Positions 11,743 through 22,149 of a DNA stretch of 64,000 nucleotides are shown here, one piece after another (within the stretch, counting starts at the first letter, position 1; each line of letters starts with the position of its first letter). Below the pieces are notes generated by a model, which saw only the letters and a list, made by a program, of their open reading frames with translations, ran no database searches and was not told where the DNA came from. The DNA is taken from positions 1,736,001-1,800,000 of the forward strand of contig ML978126.1 in NCBI GenBank assembly GCA_010015805.1. The letters are read 5' to 3'. The position numbers and the translations under genes are program-made. Origin of the DNA: Rhizodiscina lignyota (taxonomy: Eukaryota).

Positions 11743-12636
11743 TCATCCTTGACTAGAATAACAGGAAGCGTCCATGCCCAAAAACTCAAGGATGTCTGCG
11801 CTTGGATCTTCATCGGACTCGGTCAATTGCATGTTAGGATTCACCGATTGTGGCATCGGTTCGCCCAATGTTTCGAATCCAGGTAGACTTTCGATGCCCT
11901 CTGGTGCCTCAACGGGTTCGTTAGGGATGGTGTCAGGGTCTGTCCTAGGCTGCGTCGGTGTGGTGTTTGGTGCCTCGACCCTCGAATTCTTCTTGTCCAT
12001 CACCTCGAATGCCCCTTTCGCCCACACCATCCAGTCGTACATGTTGAATGGAGAACGACAGAGGAGACACGATCTTTCATTGACATCTTGGATGAGCGCT
12101 GCATTGGGCCTGACACCAATTTCCCTCTCAATGGCGATGCATACCCTGGGCACTTCAAAATGCTCAAGGCGGATCTGCTGCTTGAACTTTTCGAACGGCG
12201 TTAGACTGTTGGATGCCACATTCGTTGGTGGGTTATTGGAACCCTGCGTAGCATCATCTCCAGAGGGTCCAGGGATTGATTGATTGTTCATGTCAGTTGG
12301 CTTAACTGCTGCTTTCACACGTGTACCGCTGATTGGATTCGGTGTATGCGGATTGATTTGGTCAAACCAGATCTGCTTCAATTGATCCTTCTGGGCGTCG
12401 ACTTTCTTCGATTTGTCAATGGCATCGATTGGATCAATGAGGTTGAATGCAATGACAGTTGAAGGTTCCTCGCCCGGTTTCTTGCCGACTTGAATATAGA
12501 GTTTGGGACTGCCGCTCTGGTGCGCAACGTAACAGTACACTGTTTCACCAGCATACTGGTCAGCGTCTGCCTTCACCTTGCCCGCCACCATATATTTTTC
12601 AAACACCCTCTTAATACTTCCTGTGTCATTCGCCAT
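11743..12636 (-). CDS. Orphan protein B (copy 1; paralog of 22150-22947)
   Basis: 297-aa intronless ORF. It aligns with the 22150 ORF: RVFEKYMVAG/RAFNEYMIVG, IWFDQINPHTPNPI/LWLQHVDPHTANPI, IAIEREIGVRP/VAIEKIVGVKP, SPFNMYDWMVW/SPFDIPAWISW. Confidence 0.75.
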   Translation of the reverse strand: MANDTGSIKRVFEKYMVAGKVKADADQYAGETVYCYVAHQSGSPKLYIQVGKKPGEEPSTVIAFNLIDPIDAIDKSKKVDAQKDQLKQIWFDQINPHTPNPISGTRVKAAVKPTDMNNQSIPGPSGDDATQGSNNPPTNVASNSLTPFEKFKQQIRLEHFEVPRVCIAIEREIGVRPNAALIQDVNERSCLLCRSPFNMYDWMVWAKGAFEVMDKKNSRVEAPNTTPTQPRTDPDTIPNEPVEAPEGIESLPGFETLGEPMPQSVNPNMQLTESDEDPSADILEFLGMDASCYSSQG

Positions 12637-13140
12637 GGTGGATTGTCGAAAGAGAAAGGATGTACGGGTGTTGAAGATCTCCGACCTGTAAGAGAAGTAG
12701 CACAGTTAGCAGTGAATGAGAGTGATACAATAGGTTCCATACCGGTAGAGCTTCTTTCCAACAACAGCTCTAGATGAAAGTTATAGCCTCTGGGATATGA
12801 AGCCGTATTGGCAAGGGCGAAGGCGTATGAGTAAGAAATGTGATTATTAAGAGATGAAGGTACGTAGTTGTCTGTCAAGTCAAAGAATATATACTGTTGA
12901 GGAAGGTAAAGGCGAAGTGAGCTCAAGGCAGCAGTAAAGAACTGTTGCAGTATATATCGTACTTCGTCCCAATTGGAGAGTGAGGGTGGCTTGTCAAGTT
13001 GCCCGTGTATGATCTTGTGTGAGCAAGTGAAATATTCATATCTAGTCGGCGGCTAATATTTCAAAAATAGCCACTGCTCGGATCCACTACAATAGAAAGG
13101 AGGGAATTATCCACGAGTGAATTGAGTAAAGTGTACCGCA

Positions 13141-14046
13141 TCAATCAATACCCAGCCTACCAGCAATTTTCGCCCTTGCTTCGCCAATCGCATTACCGAC
13201 GGTGATGAACTTTTCATTCTGTTTCATCATTTGCAATGAGATCATTTTGGTGAGTGTTGTTCCCCCAACTGATTGGTCCATTGGGGATGGATCCTTAGGG
13301 TGAGGTTGCTTGCTGGCAATGACCGAATTGGCCAGAAAAGCTGCGTGAGCTCTTTTCTTTCCGGGGTTGTACGTGCTGAATTCAGCGCGCTCTGTGTCCA
13401 GGCAAAGGATCTGATCCATCTCAATTTTTTGAATGTGAGTCCTCATGATCCCATCCACAATGGTCAAAACACGAAGAAGCTCTCCTTCAAACTTGCGCTC
13501 AATTGCCTCTCTTGCTTCCATTGCCCGATGATAACCCAATATCTTATCACGATTGTAGGCTAGGTAGGTGGGCATCTCTTTGTCATTGATCGGAATGGCC
13601 TGGAGAGAGGCGAAGAATTGGTCGGGCTTCGCCTTCAAGAATCGGTTTATGTGAGGCCGGCAATGATTGAGCGGGACTAGCAAAACATGCAGCGCATGAT
13701 CCGCACAACTGTTATTGACTTGTTCTGCTGTGGTGCTAGGCTTGATTGATTGAAGTATCTCGTCGATGTCTGGCGGCGTCGGTATGTCGTCGAAATATCT
13801 TTCATTGGGATATCGCAGCAGAAGCATTCCGCTCGCCAATGAATCATCGACGTATTTGGCGGTATCCTCGAGGAGGGCCAATGAACCCTCAATCAACCAC
13901 ATTCCTTCCTCGAATCCATCCCTACACAACTTAGCGACATCGTGGTGGCCCCTTAAGTTAGGACTGCATAGCGTCAGTGAATGAGTGAAGCAATGTATAA
14001 CAGAAGCAACTTACCGGATTATGCTGTCTGTTTCGTTTGCGGACAT
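13141..14046 (-). CDS. Orphan protein A (copy 1; paralog of 20550-21508), 2 exons
   Basis: MSANETDSIIR, then a phase-2 intron 14014-13964, then PNLRGHHDVAKLCRDGFEE..., about 284 aa. It shares FEE, LAxGM, DDIPxP, FExxLxxVLT and DPSPMxxSV with copy 2. Confidence 0.75.
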
Positions 14047-14559
14047 TTAGAACGATGGATTTGGAGTTATAAGTGAGCCGCTTATCAGTGTGAAGGGTGA
14101 CCATGAGATAAGCATATATTAGTCGTGAAATTGGCCTGATGTTTTGTTTTGGTCATGATGGAGGACCGTATCTACTCTGTAAGGAACAAAAGTCCGAAAG
14201 TAGATTAGCCGGGGATTTCCGGAAGGCACTGTCCTAGTTGAACCGAGGTTTAGCCCGGGTTTAGCCCTTGCCTAAACCTCTTAAGTCGCTTCTACGTCGC
14301 GTTCTTTCCGAAACCTCTACAACTTTCAATATTACTGCCTAAAGCTGTCTAACTCTGCTTTATGCTCCGTTGAGGTTACCTCCTTACCCTTCCTCAACAG
14401 TATATATTCTTTGACTTGACAGACAACTACGTACATTCATCTCTCTACTGCAACAGTTTTTTACTGCTGCCTTGAGCTCACTTCGCCTTCGCCTTCCCTA
14501 CCGAAACTCAATCGATCATACTCTCTACCACCATGCCAGTAGGCCTTGGAAAGGCCCTT

Positions 14560-14985
14560 CATGTCATTTGGACACAGAGCCTAGCCAGGCTCTTCGATTA
14601 ATATAAGTCAAGCTCGTTAAAGCTGTGCAATCTAGAGAAATACTACCTAAAGTATATTGCATTAAACTTCCAGGTATGCTCGCGCTTACATCGAAGAGTA
14701 AATACCATATTTGCTTTGCTATTTCTGTTTTCCTTGGCTATACCAACTTCGAGCGAGTCCATTAAGTAAAGATGATGCTCGGGTTATATAGTCAAGCGGC
14801 AAGTTGAACACGACGGAATCGAAGTATGACCTATCTAAAGGTAAGCGAGAAAAGATAGTAGAGTAGCATCTAAGCAATATAAGGTATGATACTATACTGC
14901 CTGATCAGAGTAGGAGTCTCTTAAGGGATGTTAGTACTTAGCGTGGAAAAGGTTATAAACTCGCATATATTCTTATTTGCGATTG
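14560..14985. repeat. Right copy of the long degenerate inverted repeat (partner 9384-9645), RIP-like
   Basis: Reverse-complement identity to 9384-9645. It carries two extra blocks (about 14646-14768 and 14867-14906) absent from the left copy. TpA-rich. Confidence 0.9.
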
Positions 14986-15320
14986 ATCATATTAGTCAAT
15001 CCAAGGAGATCACCGTGTACTATCTCGTCGCAACAACTTCCATCGAAAACTATCGTGTCCAAGTCCAAGAGTGGAAACAACACATTGCGGATGGGGTTCA
15101 ACACCCTGAGCAACACACACTGCTAGCCGCATAGACGCGCGTGCACGCCCGCCCCAAGCGTAGATCTAAACGCAAGACCGCAAATGACGTTATCGATGAA
15201 ATGGATCATTGGACAGTCGAGGACCTGAAGCCGAAGGTATACATCCACATATTGTAATTAGCATCTGCATCCACACGTACTAACTCATGCCAAGCTTGCA
15301 AAAATTGGTCGCGCCATCTA
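14979..15320 (+). pseudogene. C-terminal remnant of a SNF2-family helicase (copy 1)
   Basis: HISQSKEITVYYLVATTSIENYRVQVQEWKQHIADGVQHP aligns with RIGQKDKVMIHYIIANESIELHRSCVQEMKTTLADGVMRP at 19.3 kb. In-frame TAG at about 15132. Same terminal intron position (HWTVEDLKPK|GT vs FWDVSTVKTR|GT). Confidence 0.75.
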
Positions 15321-16154
15321 ATTATGCGATCCCACGTTCAGAACGGTTCGTGTGGTCCTTCAATCCATTGAGCCATCACGTGCTGCACACAAATTCATTG
15401 AATACTCCCAATCTGAACCCTTCCCAATGCGTTCGGCGATTGATTGTCGTAGGAAGGCTAGCTCTAAAGTGGTGAATATTACGGATTCTGGGGATCAATG
15501 GCAAATGGGTTGGCATCTGGCTGGTGGCGTTCATAAATTTCATTTCTCAAGGTCTCCGGGAAGACGGGTGAAGCTATGAAAGATGATTGAGCTGACCGGG
15601 AAAGTTTTGGGCTAAAAGTATCTTCAGGTGTTTCACCTCGAAGTCATTGAGCTGGCGGCTGGCAATCATTGCTGTTTCCATTGATGGTGACAACAGGCAT
15701 GATATCAGAAGGAAGAGAAAATCGTCATTTTGAATATAGAGATCATTCTATGTCCAGGCCACCATTCAGTGCCTTTGTCATGTCAAAGACTTGCCATTCA
15801 ATTGTGAAACGAACGCAATATGCAATCTCCATTCGAGCTACCGTCATGCCCAATTCATTCCAATTCATCGAATCATCTGTGATACGTGCTCTCGCTGGTA
15901 TGATCACGATCATCGGTACCATTCGGAAGTGGACGAGAACCAAAGAGAAGAGAAGAAACTCCGTTTAACCCATGAAATGTTTTATTGGCCAACCCCAGTG
16001 TATCATTCTCCATATGATTGGCATCGAAACCAATCATTCTGCCACAAACGATGACCTACGGGTAGCTACAATCCATGGATTGCTTCGCTCTCGCAGGTAA
16101 CATTTAATGGCGAGGGCGCGGCCCAATACCCAACCAAGTAAAACGATGATGCCT

Positions 16155-16693
16155 TCATTCTGGTTTCACAGCAAATTTGCGACGCCTTTCCTCGCCCTCC
16201 TTGATTTTGGTAGCGGCGAGATCATCGATTTGCTTCAGAATCGTCCCTTCGTCGTCTGTCCCGCTCATCGCCTTCTCAGCATCCGCTTCAGCCACCATGT
16301 ACCATTTAACCTTGGCGGTGATTCGATCGCGCGCCTTTCGAAGCTGCTCGAGCCGCTCTTCGAGGTTGGTCTCGGCCTCGGTCTATCTGTCAGTCAGTCA
16401 TTGAGCCAATGATTTACGGCAACCCAAGTAAAGAATACACTCACAAGACTAGCGGTTAAGGTAGGCTCGTGCAGCACCCACGTTTTGTATCTTGCGCCAG
16501 CCTCGATAAGCTCCTCCTCAGTGATGAGTGGGTTGTTTTTGTCCAATGTGGCAATGTCTGCCCGGAGATGTGCAATGTCTTCATCCATCGCGGCGCACGC
16601 CGCTTTCTGATCAGCTTTCTGCTGTGCCAATGCGGCATTGAGCTTCACGATTCGTTTCGAAATTTTGGAGGTGGAGGAGTCTGTGCTCGACAT
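16155..16693 (-). CDS. Orphan coiled-coil protein, 2 exons (about 158 aa)
   Basis: Exon 16693-16445, intron GTGAGT...CTGAC...TAG, exon 16382-16155 (TEAETNLEERLEQLRKARDRI...KFAVKPE*). The frame is preserved. Confidence 0.65.
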
Positions 16694-16769
16694 GTTGGGG
16701 GTGGTGGCTTGGTTTATCGCGCTATTAAGGTTTTCTTTGGTTGAGGAAATAAGTTGAGAATGTTTAAAG

Positions 16770-16992
16770 AAAAAGGTTTATATTTACGAATTTCGTAAAA
16801 CGCCAAGACCTGCTGAGCGGCTGCCAAAGATCGTGGCGCCTGATTCTATTGACCATCAGCCACGTGACCCCTCTGTGAAAAAGACTATATTTACGAAAGT
16901 AAAATGCCACCTGCTGAGCGGCTGCCAAAGATCGTGGCGCCTGATTTCTATTGACCATCAGTCACGTGACGCCTCTGTGAATAAGGTATATA
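16770..16992. repeat. Two tandem ~105-bp near-identical repeats in a divergent intergenic region, each with CACGTG
   Basis: TATATTTACGAA...CCTGCTGAGCGGCTGCCAAAGATCGTGGCGCCTGATT(T)CTATTGACCATCAG(C/T)CACGTGAC..CTCTGTGAA occurs twice. Confidence 0.95.
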
Positions 16993-17162
16993 TTCAACAG
17001 CCTGAACTCTCTTTCTCTTGCTTACTTCTTCTTTCTTATAACTTGCGCACTACGATCAATGCGCGGATGATACCGGTACGCTCCCTATCTCTACTCACAT
17101 ATCGGAGCTAATGTTACCTCAGTTTAAAAAACAGAAGAGACCCCATATCCAGCAACGAAGCA

Positions 17163-18124
17163 ATGGCACCAAAGGCGAAGACCGAGGCGGAGAAGAAGGA
17201 AGCAAGGTCAGCGGCGGGGGAAAAAGCTACCGAGACAACAAAGAAGAATCGACAGGCGGCACAGATGGAGGATGAAGGAGAAGCTGATGACGTACACTCA
17301 AATTCAGATACGGATTCCTCTGATGTGCGTACAAAGAGCAGAGGCAAGAAGCGTACAATGACAGAGGAGGATGAAGACAATGGCGAGCCAAAGCAGACGA
17401 AGAAGCAGAAGAAGGAGAAGCATAACCGCAAGAGTGGAGCGGGTCGCAAGAAGCCTGAGACATCAGCGGCGGCGCAAGAGGACGAAGGCATACAAGAAGA
17501 AACAGCGAAGACTTCGAGTAAACGCCCCGTCCTCACCCACCTTAACGAGGCATCTCAATGAGGCAATGAACTCCTGCAAGGCGTGCTGACAATAGTACAG
17601 AGAGCGCCACCCAAACTGTCACCCCAACTAGCACGAAAACCCCCACGAGTTTAGTTGCAAAAGCGACGCAAAAGGTAGCTTCCTCGAAGACAACAACTCC
17701 AACGCCTGCGCCGTATACCGTCTTTGAGCTAGAGCTGAAGCACAAGATGCTCGAGTTGGAACTGGCAGCTGGAAAGAAGCTATTTGATGAAAAGATGGCG
17801 TTGTTGAAACAGGAGAAGGCTTGGTTGCAGAATCGCCTTGCCGAAAAGACTTTTCTTTACGAGATCAGCAAGATGGCTCAAGAAGAAAAGGATCATGGTG
17901 ATCCTCTCGTGACGCTTGTCGCCGAGTTGACTGCGGCAAGGCCGCAACGGGAACAGTCGGCTGCGGAAGAGTTGATAGGAACTGGCATGGGCGATCGCAT
18001 GGGCGCGAACAAAAATAGCGGAGCAACCCCCGTTGAAGAAGCCGGCGAGAAGGATGAGACATCTAGTGACGATGACGATGAAGAAATTGACATGGAGGCT
18101 CTGCATGCGGCTATGAGACAGTGA
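17163..18124 (+). CDS. Orphan K/E-rich low-complexity protein with C-terminal coiled coil (possible extra 5' exon at about 17068)
   Basis: Intron 17518-17600 (GTAAAC...GCTGAC...CAG) joins MAPKAKTEAEKK... to ...SATQTVTP...ELELKHKMLELELAAGKK...HAAMRQ*. Basic NLS-like clusters. Confidence 0.6.
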
Positions 18125-18540
18125 GCAAAAGGCGTTCTGGTATGGCGCAATGCCACATCGAGATGTGGTGGTGTCTGCGCTGGCAAGGGAGAAGGCAGAT
18201 AAATCGACCACACTTAAAGATTCTGGGCATAAAATTGGGGGTTGGGTTTCTAAATAATTCACGGTTGTTTCCATAAACTGCATTATCAAAGACAATCAAG
18301 ATACCTTGCATGAATTGCCTTTCATCCGTAACTTGGAAGAAGTTGAAGCCCTGAATGCAGTGCACAAGGGCCCGCTCGGATGAATCATTGTGTGCACGGA
18401 TCTTTGAGGGAATGTAGCAGAGTGTAATGTAAAATTCTTGGTTTAAAGTACATGAGAGAATTGGTTTCAAAGCTACTAGCGTGCCAAGGCCCACATCATT
18501 TCCGACAGCCCCGGTCAGATTTTGGTGAGTAACTAGGCAA

Positions 18541-18768
18541 GTGGCTAACAGAATAGTTGAGTCGAGGCTGTAATATATCGAACCACAAAGATATATATCC
18601 TCGTGAGTTAATATAGATTATATATCTTAAAGCTATACGATTTTAATAAATATACTTTAGTATTTATATAATCGAGGTTTCAGAGATACTCTCGTATATG
18701 CTGAAGAATAATACTTATTATTACTACAGCCGTTCCAGTCAATCGGGCTCAACTATTTTGTCCCCCTC
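18541..18768. mobile_element. MITE copy 1 (~225 bp, Tc1/mariner-type TIRs, degenerate)
   Basis: Ends GTGGCTAACAGAATAGTTGAG ... CTCAACTATTTTGTCCCCC. Colinear with 23281-23508. AT-rich interior. Confidence 0.75.
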
Positions 18769-18946
18769 GTGCTAGGTTTTCCCTATCTAACCTTTTCAAG
18801 TAAAACCGGATCCGCAACCTTGGCAATGTCCCCGCCACCGTTCAACCACAACTTAACGCCTGCACCCTTTCATCCAACCGACGCCTCCTCTCTGCTTGAC
18901 CAGCAATGATCCATTCGATGTCGTCTCCGCAGCTTCAATGGAACTA

Positions 18947-20337
18947 TCAGGAATGGGTACCCATAAGATTAGCCACGTCGGCCTCTTCGTCCTGCTCGGT
19001 GGCTGAGATGGTCAGCTAAAATTTGGTGAGTAACTGCTCCGCAGACTGTGAAGTTTCGAACTTACTCTGGTTTTCACAGTTGAAACGTCCCAGAATTTCA
19101 TCTGTTGAACAACATGTGCTTTCGTCTTAGGCTTCTTGCGCTTTCCCCATGGGACATACTGCCTCTTCTCGTTCGCCAGTTCAGCATGGTAGCTCGGACG
19201 CATCACCCCATCCGCCAAGGTCGTCTTCATTTCCTGGACACAAGAGCGATGGAGCTCGATAGACTCGTTTGCGATTATATAATGGATCATCACTTTGTCT
19301 TTCTGTCCGATTCGAACAATGCGATCCTTGCATTGCTGCTCGCAAGCAGGATTCCATCCCGCATTCAGGATAATAACAGTGTTCGCCAATTTGAAGATCG
19401 AGCCTGTCACAAGGTTGTCATCAGCTCATTGCCTCAATGGCGTTACCAAACCAGTCCTTACCCATCTGAACCGACTTTCATGCTCGCCAACAGGACCTCC
19501 GGGCCTTATTGTTCTTGGAAGCTCTCCAAAGCCTTCACGCGCTTCTTGTCGCGGCTAGTACCGTCATATCGCGCATGCGTGATCTTGTTTGCTTTCAGTG
19601 CCGCTTCAACGAGGTCGAGAGCATCGGTCCATTCGCAGAAGATGACTACCTTCGAGCGCTTGGAAGTCTCCGATGAGCCATTGATGATGTACAGACATTG
19701 GTCCACTTTTGGGGAATGCCAGTTGGTAGCGACGTAGTTCTGCCATTCCTGATTGCTCTTAAAGGTCCTTCGTCTTGGGAGAACTTAACCTTTGTTGTAA
19801 GGTGCTTGTACCATTGGTCCAAAATACCCAGGGTGCAAACGACGAGCGTATTCGCTGGCGGGCTGAGCGGACGGCTGACGAGCAATGCCAATGCTTGGAT
19901 GATCTTTCCAAGACCCATATCATCTGCCTGGATTCCACCTTTTAATTCAGAATCCTCCATCCTTATCATCTGACCGACTCCTTCGAGCTGATGTGGAAAT
20001 AGCTGGAACATTTGACCAGTGATCGAATCTGGTATTCTCATTCGCTCCGGCGTAGACGGTAAAGCATGGACCGATGTGGTAAGGTAATCAGGCGCCTTCA
20101 ACCCTCGTTGAAGCAATGCTAACAAGCGCTCAGCGACGCCGCTATCTCCATCTTGATCTTTTGCTCCGAGGGCAGGTACGACGAGTTGTTGTGGTTAGGA
20201 TCAGGACTCCTGTATAACCAAGTGCCCTCGTCGTCGTTAGAAAACGCCTGACGGAGATGAGACACCACAAGTTCCATTGCTGCATTGCGCGGCCGTTCTG
20301 GATTCGTCCACTTTCCGGACTTTGGAAGACGAATCAT
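18947..20337 (-). pseudogene. RAD5/RAD16-like SNF2 helicase pseudogene (copy 2)
   Basis: LFPHQLEGV, GGIQADDMGLGK, TLVVC...QW, KVVIFCEWT, RYDG and WNPACEQQCKDRIVRIGQ are present. The motif II/III region is missing. Frameshifts at about 20120, 19700 and 19390, and a stop at 19506. Confidence 0.85.
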
Positions 20338-20549
20338 GGTGGAAGTATTGTTTTGAATAGTATAAGTGAGAAAAGGTGAAGAAGTTCAATCGCATTGGAA
20401 CCCTAACACTATATCCTACCGACCGGAACAGAGGTTGATCCGGAACCTCTTGGCAAATATTCTTTATTTCATGGAGACAGAGCTTGCCGAATACATTTGA
20501 ATATGCTCACGCTCTCCCTTTCGAATTTTAGATCTTGAACTACCCAAAC

Positions 20550-21508
20550 ATGGATTCCAACATTAGAGGGGATACGTACATCGCAGGACCGGATGATTTG
20601 TATGTATCGTCGATGCTGCGATACATAGTTTCAAGACCTTGGTCGGCCACTAACTCAACCACTTCAGTCCAACCCCCGATAAGATTCGAAATATCATCCT
20701 TGGATACCGTGGACAATTTGAAGAATCCGAACGCTCGATCAAGACAATTCTAGAAGTGCTGCAGCGTGCTGCCCAATGGGTCAACAACACATTAGCCCGC
20801 GGCATGGTCGCCCTCGAACATGGCGATCAGCGATTTTAAGACGACATTCCTGCCCCACTGTCCCTATATGAGCTCATCGACGCAGTCCGCCCTGCTGCTA
20901 TTGATTTAGACATCAATCCATTATTAGCTTCTAGAGCACTCTACGACCTACTGGGTGCCATCGACAAAGCGCGCCCTTTCCTGAACCAAACCCTCGCTTC
21001 TGAACCTACATCATATAATAATAGTCTTCAACAATTCGCTATCGATAGCGACATCCCGATCGCGAAGAAGAAACATATGACAACGCTTCTAAATTACAAC
21101 CATGCAATGCACCAGCGACGCATGATCCAGGTTCGGTTTGAGGACAAACTGCGCTCAGTGCTGACAAGCGTTGTCACGGCACTCCAGCCATACCTGGAAC
21201 AAGTCCAATCTGGAAGACAGGACTGTTCAGAGCACCAAGTGTCCGCATACTGTGGAGCCACAGAAGCAAAGCAGCTGGAGATCATTCACGAACTAGGCAA
21301 ATCTCTCGTGGTGTTGCAGCAACCTGATGGAGACCCATCGCCGATGGAGCGATCGGTCTTTGCGGTTGGTCTGCGGCGGATTATGCGACTCAGAATGTGG
21401 GATCTTGACGAGATATTCTTGAAGAACAGAGCCGAATTGGACGACTGTCTTGTTGCATTGAACCAACTAAGCCCACCAGCGCAAGCAGCCGGCACAGAAG
21501 TTGAGTGA
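20550..21508 (+). pseudogene. Orphan protein A copy 2 with one premature stop
   Basis: ATG 20550, phase-2 intron 20600-20667. The frame is open except for TAA 20837-20839 in QRF*DDIPAP (paralog ERYFDDIPTP). It continues through DPSPMERSV to TGA 21508. Confidence 0.75.
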
Positions 21509-22149
21509 AGGGCTAGCTCTCGCCTATCGTCATTATCAAATTCGTTCCACCAACCAAGTGAAGCGTTGCGCTTGTGTAGACCGGATACGGAACTCAAATA
21601 TCTTCACTTACTTGTTGCGCTGCTTCGAAACAATCTATACATCTTTTGATCACGTGATCCGCACTGTAGCAGCAGTACTTAATATCTTCTTTCGGCCCTC
21701 CTCCTTCTCTTTTATTTCTCTCTCTCAGAAACATACTGGGCCGTACTGCAAAGGCTACAAATTGCTATTCCCTCTATGATTACCAATATCGCAATAGGAC
21801 CTTTGGGCACCCCAGGCAACAGCAATTACACGTCTTGACGAATGAATCACTCCTCTACTAAGCTCCAACCAGCAGGACGCATTTGTTTCACATTGGAAGG
21901 GAGTGGGCTGACCCCGTTTCACTTCAAGTAAGTTAACCTTGGCAAAGCCCGTGTTCTAAGCTTATATATCTGACAACTTAGACTCTTCCACTTCTCATGC
22001 TTCATTGACGACGGTGCCGACCTGCACAGCCTCACTCCTCCATTTCACTACCGAAGCCCGATATTGCAGAACGGACTCCAGGCTTACAAGCTTTCATTGC
22101 TTCATTACCAACTATACACCCCCGAATCATCACTATAGCTTCCATTAAG

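Noticed and set aside
14533..14601. MPVGLGKAL as the Walker A remnant of SNF2 copy 1
   Set aside because: The position and strand fit, but only four residues match and there is no ADDM context. Too short to support.
16770..16992. CRISPR-like array
   Set aside because: Eukaryotic DNA with only two long tandem units and no unique spacers.
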